Below the pieces are notes generated by a model, which saw only the letters and a program-made list of their open reading frames with translations, had not been told where the DNA came from and made no database searches. Positions 48,980 to 61,017 of a stretch of 64,000 nucleotides of DNA are shown here, in pieces. Position 1 is the first letter of the stretch; every line of letters starts with the position of its first letter. Source of the DNA: Guillardia theta CCMP2712 (lineage: Eukaryota > Protista > Cryptophyta); the NCBI RefSeq assembly GCF_000315625.1, contig NW_005434511.1, forward strand, positions 48,001 through 112,000, written 5' to 3'. A program made the translations under genes and the position numbers.

Positions 48980-50070
48980 TGGGTGGGGTACTTGTTTTGT
49001 TAGGGTGGTCCACAATGAAGAGGGTGGGCTCCCCGTCGGTGGGTTCAAAAGTTCTCAAAATGACCCCTAATTTCTAATGAAAAATGTCATATTTTGTGGG
49101 GGTGGGGTAATTTGATGACATGGTGGGGTACATTAAATGTACCCTATGAATGGGTAGGTTATCTGATTATGGTAGGTAGGGTAGTGTTGTTATTCGGGGT
49201 TCTCACGGATTCAACGAGGGTGGGTACAGTCAGTTGGGAAACGATAGGGTAGGGTGATAGTACCCACCGTACACTGAGAGAATTTATGCAGGAAAAAATG
49301 GGGTAGTCAACAAAGTATGTTTTCTGTTTGCTTCAGGATTCATAGACGAGGGGTGGGTTCTTTTGGGGGTGCTAGAAACTGGAGCCGAGGTAAAGAGTGT
49401 GGGGGGTAGTGATCACGAAGGGGGTACTCGCGAACATGGGTTGGTGCTGAGTTGTTGAGGAAAACTTTATATGGTGGGGTAGTATGGATACCCCAAATTT
49501 AGTTGAGAAATTAACGGGTATATGAAATATTCCTAGGGGTACTGTGTCAGATGTGTTTCAATATGCACGGGTAGGGAAATCAGGAACATTGTTTTTTATG
49601 GGTGGGGTCACAATCATATTTACCGGCAATTATAGGTAGGGTAGTTTTTGCCTAGGTGGGTGGGTGCAAGGTGTACTGATAGGGGGGTAGGTGGATGGGG
49701 TAAAGAAAGACTTTTGGGGTTTGCACACAGCACCGGGTGGTGGTCAAAGTGTTAATGATGGGTGGGGTAGGGGTACATGAAAGTGCTGGGATGATCCTTT
49801 GAGTAGGGTGGGTAGTGATGAAAAAATGTAGGGATAAATGCTTATGATAGGAAATCCAGGGTAGTGGTAGTGATGTATCCCGTACTTTAGCGAGAAAATC
49901 AAAGGGTACTTGTACTGAAGGGGTGGCACATGCGGGGTGGGGTAGGGTGCATTTAGGACTAGGGTGGATAAAAAAGGGGCTGGGTTGCGGGTGTATCTCT
50001 GTAGGCACCAGGAGCTAAGGAGACAGGGGTAGGGTACGAGAGGCCCATTTGGGGTAGGGGTGGGGTCAGA
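48980..50070 (+). promoter_or_regulatory. ~1.1 kb non-coding GGGTA/GGGGT-rich tract between divergent genes
   Basis: Dozens of gggtag/ggggt/gggtac words, nearly all on the + strand, in an AT-rich background without credible ORFs. Confidence 0.45.
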
Positions 50071-50669
50071 GGATGAGTAAACTTTTTCTGAAAGTTTTGA
50101 GACTTCTAGCATGATCAAAGTTTATGAAGTTCGTTCGAGGACCTCATCCCCGCTCATACACAGGTCCAGATTTGTTGGGAATGCTGAGCAAAAGCCGCGA
50201 AGAGGGAGGGGACTTGGCGATGGGAGGTGGCGATGGAGGAGGAGGAGAAGGAGGATGTAGATGAGATCAAGTGAGAGAAGGTAGAGTTGAGATGAAAGGC
50301 ATGTGGCCGGATGAGATGGAGGATCAAACGTCACGTTTGATATGGGGGGGTGACGTGAGGAATGTGGTAAAGGATGTATGGTGATTTGTAGATTGTTGGA
50401 GAGGCTATTTTTGGTGTTCTGTAGCTTCTTTGGGGTGGAGAAAGATGCTCAGGGGACTCATGTCGTTGTTGGCTCTCAAATCGTTGTCAAGACATTTCTT
50501 AGCCTGATCTGAGTTACGACTAGGGTTGCTGTAGCAGTCTTTTCGTGAAGTAGCTATCCCTACCCCTTGCAAGGGGAGGCGACTCAGCACGTAGATTCGA
50601 GTTGTGCTGAGATGTTAGCGTCCTCTCTGACCTGACGTCCCCCTCTCTGACCTGACATCCCAGGTTGCG

Positions 50670-53203
50670 ATGGCGAGCTCAGAGGAGGAGATCGCCGGCA
50701 TCGGGGCGCTGTTGAAGCCCAATAGATACTCTATCCTCAAGTTCGTGGACATCCATCCTGGAGGGGCGGCGGCGGCAACGGGGCAGATCTTCGAGGACGA
50801 CAGGCTTGTGTCGGTAGACGGGGTGGTCGTCAAGGGCCTCACTGCGGAGGAAGTCGCGCCCATGGTGAGGGGGCCCGTCGGCTCCACGGTAGAGCTCGAG
50901 ATCTTACGACCCGGGGCGGCCAAGACGACGATGGTGAAGGTGACAAGGCAGAAGATCCAGCAAGCAGGACCAGCAGCCAAGCAGGAGGCGCCGAGAGAGT
51001 CGAAGAGCATCACCGGCTTCCATGTCCGTGAGACCCTCCGCCATGGCGCCGACATGCTTGCGAAGCAGCTGGAAAAGCAAGGTATCGGGAAGCGCAACCA
51101 GTCCCCTGTGGCGAATGTCTCCAACAAGGAGGAGTTCGAGACGGGCTCGGACGTGAACATCAGCGCTCCCTTCAACTTCCAGCACAAGTACCATGTGCAA
51201 GTCGACCCCTCCTCCTCGACAGGTTTCACTGGCCTTCCTCCTGGGTATGTTCGGGTGCAGGCACCATGAAGCCGCTGACCTGTCGTGCACAACAGCTGGG
51301 ACGGATTGCTTCAACAGGCAAACATCACGAAGAAAGAAGCTCTAGAGCACGGAGACGCGATCCTCGACATCCTGCGGTTCCAGCAGGAGCAGGGCTGCGA
51401 GCCGCAGCTGCCTACTGCCCAGCAAGCAAGCATGGAGGCGAAAATGGCTGTGCAATTTTTGAACGAGGTGAGCGTTGAGGGAATGAATGTGTTTGTGAGT
51501 CCTTCCATGATAATCTTCATTTACTTCCTTTCTTCATCAACAAACTGTGATGTGCTCTCTTACCTTTCTTGCTGCAACACGAGAGTCTGCTAACAATCTT
51601 GTACCTGCTGTCCCACGATTGCGTTGCTGCAACTTCTCCACTGATCGCCTTCCTGCAGAATCCCGCAGATCACTACAAGATGCCTCCGAAGAGCATCGGG
51701 CAAGGAGGAATGGGAACAATTTATCGTGGGACCAAGGATGGAAAGGTAAAGCCCTTTCGATCACAGTTCATCTGAGTCTGAGAACATTTGTATAGGATTA
51801 TGCGATCAAGAAGCTTGCTCTGTCCAAGCAAACCGATCTTCCAGCACTCCAGAATGAGATTGCAATGATGAAGACCAGCGGTATGATTTACCGCTCCTCT
51901 TTTCGTTGCATCCCTCAATTCGCTTCTGCTGCTCCATCCTCGTTGTCCTTATCCCCGAACCCCTTTCTCCGCCGTCCTCGTCCTCGTCCTCGTCCTCGTT
52001 CTCGTCCTCGTCCTCGTCCTTCGCCTCCTTCCCCATGCTCTCGACCTCTTAACACTCTCCTCCTCGTCATCCTTCTCCTGCATATTCTTGCCGCCGCCCT
52101 CGCGCTCTTGGCCCTCCTTTCCTTTCTTGAAACGTTCTGCAGCTCACCCCAACGTGGTCGAGTACTTCGAGTCGTACATGTTCGATCGCTGCCTGTGGGT
52201 CGTCATGGAGCTGATGGACGGAGGGTCTCTGACCAACCTCATCCAAGTCAAGCCTGCTGCTCTCCTGCGCTTGTGTTGACGATCTTGCAGACGTACCAGA
52301 AGAAGCGCAAGGAGTTCACGGAGGAGGAGATGGCTGGTTTCATGAAGGCTTCCATCGACGCCATCGCGTTCCTCCACGGTCAAGGCAGGATCCACAGAGA
52401 CATCAAGTCGGACAACGTGAGTAGCGTCTTGTTCCGTCCCCCTCCCTCCCTCTGTCTCCTCGCTCGCCCTGACGCTGGCCCTCGCCCTCGTCCCTGCAGG
52501 TTCTTATCAACTCTCGGGGAGAAGTCAAGATCGCAGACTTTGGCTTCTGCGTGCAGCTCACACAGGAGAAGGACATGCGGCAGTCGATGGTCGGGACGCC
52601 TTACTGGATGGCTCCCGAGCTGGTGCCACCCCCAGCAGCTCCCCAGCTGTTGTGCTGACCCCATCTGGCAGGTTCGCGGGCAGACCTATGACCAGAAGGT
52701 GGACGTGTGGTCTCTCGGCATCATGCTGATAGAGATGGCGGAGAGCGAACCGCCCTACCTTCGAGAGCAGGTGAGGAGGGGAGGAGGAGGAAGAAGAAAG
52801 AGAACCAGAGGAGAGGGAGCAGGTGGGAATGAGGAACGGAAGTGGTGGTAGCAGAGGAGAGTAGTGAAGGATGAGGATGAAAAAGAGCCGGAGGAGTAGG
52901 AATAGGAGGTGGTGGTGTTGGAGCAGGAGGAAGTGGTGGTGGTGGTGGTAGTGGTAGTTGTTGGGGAGACTCTGACGGTCTGCGCAGCCTCTTCGAGCTC
53001 TGTACCTCATCGCTACCAAGGGGGAGCCGAAGCTGAAGCAGGAGAGCAAGTACCGCGGAACTTTCATGGACTTCTACCACAAGTGCCTGAACCCGCTGCC
53101 TGCGAAGCGAGCGACGGCCGCGGAACTTCAGAATCATCCTTTCCTGGCTTGTGCTTCGTCCCCTGAACACCTGGCCGAGATCATCAACAGCAACAAGAAG
53201 TAG
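50670..53203 (+). CDS. STE20/PAK family kinase with N-terminal PDZ and CRIB domains (multi-exon)
   Basis: PDZ (GIGALL...DRLVSVDG...RGPVGSTVELEILR); CRIB ISAPFNFQHKYHV..D...FTGLPP; kinase IGQGGMG, AIKK, HRDIKSDN, ADFG, VGTPYWMAPE, KVDVWSLG, PLRALYLIAT. Confidence 0.93.
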
Positions 53204-53953
53204 AGCTAAGACAACAGGAGGATGGGGGAAGCCAGCAAGAGCTTGTGATGGTAGAATAAGGTAGAACACATAGATGCTCCTGTCGCAGTCGTTGTTTCTT
53301 GTTTGCGACTGGGTGAATTTTTGGTTGCTCAGACATTGACTGTAGTGAACGTCCAGCTGTACATGAAGAGACTTTGCTCTGCTGAATAAGTGGTACACTG
53401 TAAGAGAGGACGTTGAGTTGTCACATCTGGTGAACTCAAATGCATTGAGCGGATCAGTCAGCAAGTCGACAGCCAAGAGACAACACTGCGGCCCTTTCCC
53501 TTAGCCCTTCACTTCAGAGCTCGGTCTCACTTTGCCCAAACCTACTCACATGCTGAATCCCTTCCCTCCCGCTCTAGTCTACCGCCCAACCCTGCATCTT
53601 CGAATCGACACTTGCTGCGAGCGAAAGCCGGAAGAAGAGGAATGAACTTCACTTGTTGTTCGTGCAAGGATGATGTTATACGGGACGACGAGCTCCCAAC
53701 TTCAGTCGCTAATGTTTCTCCACTTGTATCATTGAAATACCCGAAAGCAGAATCCCTACGGAGAGATGGAAAAGTCGTATCTGACTGTGCTGGTCTCAAC
53801 ATTGCGAGGGCTAATGAAGCATTCGAAAACTCTGCTCGGCGTGTATTGTAGAGGAATGTTTGCTATTCGAGAAAAGACTGGTGCGTCCCTTCTGTAATGA
53901 ATGTTTAAACATTGTCGAGCAAGGATGGTTAAAAGTAACCTTCATATCCTTCT

Positions 53954-54570
53954 TTAAACCCCCTCCTCCTCTAACCCCCTTCTCATGTACCACCTGATCC
54001 ACTCCTCCTCCAGCCGCTCCCACTCCTCTGCCTCATCCTCCTCAACCTCTTGCCACTCTTCTTCCTCTTCTCGTCCCTTCAACGGCTCCTCCTCGGGGCT
54101 AAGTGGCGACGGTGAAGATTCGATGAAGGGGGCGGCGGCACTGATGGAGACGGGCTCACTCTCCCTCCTCCTCGCGTACGGCCATCGCCCTAGCCCCAGT
54201 GCCCGGCAAGCGTTCTTGAGCGCCGACAGCGAGATCCCCTGCGCTCGAACGTCAATCCTCATGCACTAGCGCATGGATCGAGAATGGGGATTACAGGGAG
54301 GGAGCAAAAGTGGAGGTCGCTTACCAGGTGACGAGCAGCTTGGGCCTGTGAGAGGTGGGTGAGGGAGCGGAAGAGGTCGAGGGTGAGTCTGCGGTAGAGG
54401 GGGCAGGCTCCGGCAGGGGACGATGCGTGAGCAGGTTTCTTCCTGGGGTAGACGATGCGGATGGACTGGACGGAGGGTGTAGGGCAAGGCGAGGATGGGG
54501 CAGGAAGAAGAGGAGAGAGGGAGGAGGAGGGAGGGAGGGAATGGATGGGAGGAGGATCGGAACGATGCAT
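53954..54570 (-). CDS. Small RWP-RK transcription factor, copy A (2 exons)
   Basis: IVYPRKK...LTLDLFRSLTHLSQAQAARHL|GISLSALKNACRALGLGRWPYARRR; intron 54239-54324. Confidence 0.85.
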
Positions 54571-55429
54571 GGCAAGAACACGTGCTCTACCTTGCCTCGC
54601 CTGCTGTTGCCCTTGGAGATAACCAAAGGCTTCGGAAAGATCCGGTGATGACTTTTACCAGCGAAATCATGGGGGTGGGGGTGGGGTATTCTGTTTTTTG
54701 TACCGGTCACCGAGAGCAGAATCGTTTCTCAGATAATCGGTGAGGGGTACCGGGAAGAAATTTTCAACATGGTGGGGTGGTTTGAACAGGATACATACAG
54801 CGGCTGTAAAAGAGATTCGGGGGCTCTCGAAGATACATTTTGCGCCCTCTCGTGCAACTAGAAGTCTCAAAGTCCGTGACCTGGTGCGTGACTGTCAGCA
54901 AACCCAAACAACAAGCATTTAGACACATCACTGTCATGATCAATTATGCGCATGGATGACTGAAGGCTCGTCCATCCATAGCTTTCGTCCATGAAACGAT
55001 CTGACTGATGACTCAAAGTAACAATCCAGTGTGACAAACAACTACTCGTGTTATAACGACGAATTGAATGAAATCATGGATACTTGCTCTATCGGAGCTC
55101 GGGACCTCGAAGATGTCTTGTGCTTGTTCAGTGCTCGACTCCCTGCCCTCGGCTTCAAGGCGGGGCTGTCTTGCCTGCTTGCGACTGGTTGGCTGGCACA
55201 GACCCGATGGCGCCCAGTGCTTTACAGAGAGCTGTCGGAGCATCGGAGTCTCCGAGATCTACAAGGGGGCTCAGATTCCGCCAGGTGCAAAAGATCGGAG
55301 CACCGAACCGTGACCCGAAACGAAACGATTTGGAAATTTCCTGAACCTGTTCCACTGGGGTACTGAGGAGGGGACTTGAGAGCCCTCCCCCGTCCTGCAG
55401 CATCCCCGTACAGTTTCCCGTACAGCTCC

Positions 55430-55773
55430 ATCCTCATAAACCATTCGCATCGTATACCCGAGGTCGCATCGTATACCCCCCCCCTCCCTCTCTCCTCCCT
55501 CCCTCCTATACACCTCCATGTGACGATCGAGCGCAGGGGATCTCGCTGTCGGCGCTCAAGAACGCTTGCCGGGCCCTGGGGCTAGGGCGATGGCCGTACG
55601 CGAGGAGGAGGAGGGAGACCGAGCCCCTCGCTGGCAGTCCCTCTACCTACCTGCCTCAAGCTTCTGCACCTTTTGCTACGAATGGAATGGCTGGTGAAAG
55701 GGAATGGGAGAGGCTGGACAAGGAATGGATGGAGTGGTACACGGGGATGGGGCTAGAGGAGGAGGGCGTGTAG
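55430..55773 (+). pseudogene. RWP-RK copy B, internally deleted
   Basis: TIRIVYPR is followed by a small duplication (tcgcatcgtataccc) and jumps into the intron 3' end; exon 2 (55537-55773) is intact, but the first helices and splice donor are missing. Confidence 0.75.
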
Positions 55774-56325
55774 AAACAGCAGTGCAGTCTTTTGAAATTC
55801 AATAAAATCATTTCTGTGTCAGAATATCTCCTTTCTGTCCAAACCAAAAATGCACACACACACACACACATACACACACGCAGCAGACATTACAGACATA
55901 GCGCGGGTCTTCTTCGATTAATCCTCAATATCAGGTCTATTCAATCTGACAGAGAGTTCTTGCGATATGTAGAGAATGCCCTTGTTTTATTAAGTTCGCA
56001 GACCTGCAGATCTCAAGGCTAGTCTGTAACGTATGAGACCAACGTTTCCTCATGCTTACTGAGATTGTGCTTTTATGTACTGTCTGTGAGCAATTGAGCA
56101 CGGAACAACGCAAGATCAATCATCATTCTTCAATGCTTTATCCTCTCCGTCTCATTCATTTCAGACCGTCTTTCACGAGAACAACTCAGCCGATGCCCTG
56201 CAATGCTCTCCGGTAACATCATCGGATACTATATTGTTTGTCAGTTCGTCTATTTGCGCTTAACTTTGGATTCTGTCACAGCGAGTCTGGCTCTGCAAAG
56301 AAACTTCTCGCCAATAACCCGTGCC

Positions 56326-57012
56326 CTAAACTCCCTCCTCTTCCAGCCCCATCCTCATGTACCACTCGATCCAGTCTTCCTCTACCCCTTCCCAGTCCCT
56401 TGGTTCCGTCATGTCTTGGATCGTGCTCTCCTCGCCATTCGTATCGTTGCAACCAACCGCGTCGAGTGAGCCTTCGAAGTCGCTCTCCAGTGGCAGCTGT
56501 TCGAGACCATCCTGGCTAGGAGGAAAGTACGGAGGTGATTGGCTGACAGCGACGGGCTCGGTCTCACTCCTCCTCCTCGCGTACGGCCATCGCCCTAGCC
56601 CCAGTGCCCGGCAAGCGTTCTTGAGCGCCGACAGCGAGATCCCCTGCGCTCGATCGTCACATCCTCTCGCGGAGGGCGCAGGGAGAGGGGAGGGAGAGGA
56701 GGAGAGGAGGAGAGGAGGAGAGGAGGAGGAGGCACGGTCACGTACCAGGTGACGGGCAGCGTGAGCTTGGGAGAGGTGGGTGAGGGAGCGGAGGAGGTCG
56801 AGGGTCAGCCGCTGGTAGAGAGGAGTTGTATTTTCGTTTGAGGAGGCAGGGAGGCTTCTTCTTCTGGGGTATACGATACGGACTTCCTGGGAGGGAGGAG
56901 AGGTTGAGGAGTTGAAAGTGAGGGGCAGGGAGGGTGATGAAAGCGCAGAAGATCGAGGTTGTGGTAAAGTAAGCAGTGTACAACTATCCTGTTGATCTAT
57001 TGCGCTGATCAT
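56326..57012 (-). CDS. Small RWP-RK transcription factor, copy C (2 exons)
   Basis: Same motifs as copy A; intron 56644-56745 at the identical HL|G position. Confidence 0.85.
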   Translation of the reverse strand: MISAIDQQDSCTLLTLPQPRSSALSSPSLPLTFNSSTSPPSQEVRIVYPRRRSLPASSNENTTPLYQRLTLDLLRSLTHLSQAHAARHLVRDRASSSSPPLLLSSSPSPLPAPSARGCDDRAQGISLSALKNACRALGLGRWPYARRRSETEPVAVSQSPPYFPPSQDGLEQLPLESDFEGSLDAVGCNDTNGEESTIQDMTEPRDWEGVEEDWIEWYMRMGLEEEGV

Positions 57013-57406
57013 GGGGGGCAGAAGGAAGCAGGAGGGGGGGGGATCAGGGGAGGGATCCGGTCGGGATGGTTGTGGAGGGGAGGTACGTTTATAGCAGTGT
57101 GGATGTCGCCGTGCGCAGGGCTTGATCTACGGATGCAGGGAGGGGAGAGCCGTGCGCGTTACACGCTCTTAAAAAGACTTCTCTGGAAGCCCCCGTGGGG
57201 TAGGGTGACACAACGGTAGATCAGGGGGGTGGTAGGGTGGTCCAGGTTTGACTTACAGACTGTTTTTTTACTCAATTTTCAAATCCGGTACCGAAAAGTT
57301 TTACTCATTTTCATTCACGCAGCAGTCGCAAATAGGGGTCGGGAAGAGATCTGCTAGAAGGAGGGGGTGGGGGTATGCACAGGGACGTGACAGTTATTTC
57401 GTCATC

Positions 57407-57838
57407 ATGTTTTTAAACTCCTTGAGTGATGACCCGTGCACACATGCACAGGTTACTTCAGCTGCATCTCCTCGCCCCTCCGCTCCAACCCCTCATGCTG
57501 TACTCCCTGTCGCTCATTCTCCTCGTCCACGACAATCTCAAGTCGTCTGCATTGTTTACTTAAGGAAGAAGATCCTTTCCCCTGCCGCTCTACATGGTTC
57601 CACTCCCTCCTACCATCGGCTGACTCTCGACGTCCTCCGCGCTCTCACCCACCTCCAACAAGTAAAAGCTGCTCGACATCTGGTGAGCAAACGGGAATTG
57701 TTTACTGAGATGCTGAAGCACGAGTGCAGGAAATCTCTCTATCAGCTCTCAGGAACGCTTGCCGGTGAGTGGGAGGGGCTGGAGGAGGAGTGGGTGAGAT
57801 GGTACTTGAGAATGGGGCTACATGAGGAGGGCGTGTGA
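57407..57838 (+). pseudogene. RWP-RK copy D, RWP core deleted
   Basis: Exon 1 and intron present; exon 2 reads EISLSALRNACR* and jumps out of frame to the EWEGLEEEWVRWY...EEGV tail. Confidence 0.75.
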
Positions 57839-59959
57839 GGTCAAAGCTATGTTGTCCCTTGCTCCTGTAACAAAGCATGGTCGTAGTGAAAAGTCTGGTT
57901 TTGTGGTATTGCGTAAGAGTGACACAGAGGTAAAGAAAGGATAGTCAATCAATCACCCTAGAATAGTGGACAGCATAGAGCAAGCTCTACTGACTCCATC
58001 CTGCCATTCCGCTGAAACTGCGGGACGGGAAGATCGCTGAGACTGCGGGACGGGAAGATCGCCCTGGGCTGGGTGGAGGCATGAAAGGGTCGCAGACTAC
58101 ATGCTCAGGGTGCACGGCAGAAGGAAAGAGGAAAAGAAGTCCGACTGCTGTGAGGAGAAAGAGTGTGGGAGAGAGAAGATGAGCTTGAGGAAAGGTTTCG
58201 ATTGAAAGCAATATCGATAGTTTTATCAGCCCTCTGCAAATCAACTTTTTGTTCCTGATCATCGGTATGCTACCTTACTGCCAACTGCGCAGTTTTGATA
58301 AGCTCAAGGAAAAGATGCACTTTCTTACTTTAGTTTTCACTGTGTAGTACACTGAACCAAACCCTTTGTTGATCGTGCATCAAGGTTGTACAACACACTG
58401 TCATTATTGGTTGGCCTGGTTGAAATCGACCTGCCTTGTTGTTTCCAAGCAGAGAAAGAAAGGAGTGAAAACAGAGAGAAAAAGCAAAGAACCGATTAGA
58501 AGGAAGACAACTAGACAGAAGAGAAGAGGCAAGAACGACGAGAAGGAAATGATTTCATGGAATTGAACAAAGACGAATCAAAACCAAACAAATCTAGGAG
58601 AGAGGACAAATGAAAATTTAATCGAAAACGTCAATACAAAGGAGGAAGAAGAGAAGAACGATGATGAGGAGGTGTGAGCTGAGATGAAGGCCTTTGAAGG
58701 AGAGAGCCAAAGAGCAGAATATGAATGCAAGTCAAAACGAGACAGAAATAAAACAACGACGAGGGATTGAAGCCATCCAGGAGCAGTAGCAGCAGGAATG
58801 GTGGCGGGAGCAGCAATTCAACCTTTCTGATCACATCCCCATTTTGGCCTTCCCAATGCGACCGATCTCACACACAATTATGATCCACACCGCACTTGTT
58901 GATGATGTCACAGACATGAAAATTATCATGACAGGCATGATTATGATCATCGTGATCATGATTATGATGATCGTGATCATGATGAACTTTATAACAGCGA
59001 TGATAAACAGAAAAGAAAAAATGAAGATCATGAAGATGACAAAGATGATGATGATGATGATGATGAGCAAGAGAATAATTGTGGTGTGGTGACGATGATG
59101 ATGAACCATGAAAAAGCAAAGCTAGCAAGTGATGACGTGACGCTGGAACTAGTAACGCTGGGAGTCATAATTGAAGATATTGTCGAGATGTTGATAGAAA
59201 TGGAAACAAATGAGCCTGGAAGTGATTTTGATAATATCCGTACAATCTTCAAGATGTCATCAAGATTTTGATAGACATGATGATGATGGAGGTTGAGATG
59301 ATGAAGAAGAACGAGAGATTAGATGATGATGACGACAAACATGATGATTACGATTGAGAAAGATCATCAAAATGGGAAGGTGAATCAGGGGAGCGACTGT
59401 TTGAGCTAGAAGAAGACGACAGAAGACTGGGATGGGCAGTTTAAAAGTATGGTCGTAGGTGAGGAGCTAAAGATGCACGTGCGATCTGATTGCAGCCAGG
59501 ATGAGGTAGTCCAACCTACAATCAGCAGCTCCTTTTCACGGATCTCCTCGTAATTTCAGAGGGCTGTGGGACGCTTGTGTCCGTGACCAACCTCACGTTT
59601 CGGTAAAACGACTGGACGTTTGTCTTCGGATCTTACCTTGTGCTACTGGCTGTCTTTACCTGAGCATGCTCGCTGACATTTCTCGGGGAGAGCTCGCCAA
59701 TCAAATCTGTGGATTCAGCCCTAGCACGTTCACTGCTAGGAGCGGGAAGGAGGGGAACGATTCTTCAAAAATAGCAAGCGGGTCATGTGACAACCACCCT
59801 GCACGTCCCAGACGAGGTCCTTCTGAATACTGTTACATCGAGCAAGATCGTTTGATCGACTGAAGCGAAAGAGCGAGAATCGACAGTTTGGAAACACGCT
59901 TTTCATTGAAACAATTCAGATTCATTTGATTGAGTCTGATTATCCTACTTCGTCTTGCT

Positions 59960-60589
59960 CTACACGCCCTCCTCCTCTAGTCCCATCCCCATGTACCACT
60001 CGATCCATCCCACTTCCGCCCCCTCCCACCGATCCTCAGACTCTGCCTTCTCCTCCTCCTCTTCCATCATCGCCATATCCATCCCAAACGCTGGCAGGCT
60101 GGGAGGACCTGGCACCAATGGCGCGCTGGCCGCGCTGACAGCGACGGGCTCGGTCTCCCTCCTCCTCCTCGCGTACGGCCATCGCCCTAGCCCCAGTGCC
60201 CGGCAAGCGTTCTTGAGCGCCGACAGCGAGATCCCCTGCGCTCGATCGTCACATGGAGGTGTATAGGAGGGAGGAAGGAGGGGGAGGTGGCTTACCAGGT
60301 GACGGGCAGCGTGAGCTTGGGAGAGGTGGGTGAGGGAGCGGAGGAGGTCGAGGGTGAGTCTGCGGTAGAGGGGGGAGGAGGCAGCGTAAGGAGAGTCGGG
60401 GGAGGGCTTTCGTCTGGGGTAGACGATACGGACGGCTTGGGAGGGAAGGGGAGCGGTGAAAGGAGGAGGAGGAGGAGGAGGAGGAGGAGGAGGAGGATAG
60501 GTTGGTGGTAGCGGACAAGTCTCAGGCAGAAAGGGAGAGAAGGCAGAAGGATGAGGAGTAAGGGAAAGGAGGGAGGCGGGTGCAGACAT
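59960..60589 (-). CDS. Small RWP-RK transcription factor, copy E (2 exons)
   Basis: Same motifs; intron 60236-60295 at HL|G. Confidence 0.85.
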   Translation of the reverse strand: MSAPASLLSLTPHPSAFSPFLPETCPLPPTYPPPPPPPPPPPPFTAPLPSQAVRIVYPRRKPSPDSPYAASSPLYRRLTLDLLRSLTHLSQAHAARHLVSHLPLLPPSYTPPCDDRAQGISLSALKNACRALGLGRWPYARRRRETEPVAVSAASAPLVPGPPSLPAFGMDMAMMEEEEEKAESEDRWEGAEVGWIEWYMGMGLEEEGV

Positions 60590-61017
60590 GGACGAGGGTA
60601 CAGCAGAAGACGGAGGACAGTATGATCTAAAAATCTACCCGAAATATCCTGGATACGGTCACGGACGTTGAAGCTATTTACCACTCAACTTCTACTGTAA
60701 AGTAAAGAAGTCGCAGTACTGTGACGATGGCAGGAAATGTACCGTAAAACACTTTTATAATAATGTCAACTGCACGCGCACAAGATGAATAAAGGAATGA
60801 CCGTCCTTTACTCAAAGTCAAGTTAAAGATTAGTACGAGGACATGACCAGTACATCTCACGGCCGGGTGAAGAGTTTTTATGAGTCGGAGTTCCGGCGGC
60901 AACAAACGCTTCACTGATCGCTCACACGTGCGCGCAGTTCGTGGGAGGGGGAAGGGGGGGGGAAGGGGGCGGAGATTCTTCACAAGGTCCCTGCCTCGCG
61001 ATTCTACATGTGAAGTT

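Noticed and set aside
48980-50070. Interstitial telomeric repeat array
   Set aside because: G-rich words are irregularly spaced with unique spacers and have no fixed tandem unit
55031-55366. Short ORFs between RWP-RK copies, also 53542-53851, 58000-59860 and 63101-63612
   Set aside because: No recognisable motifs or consistent exon chain; some contain in-frame stops
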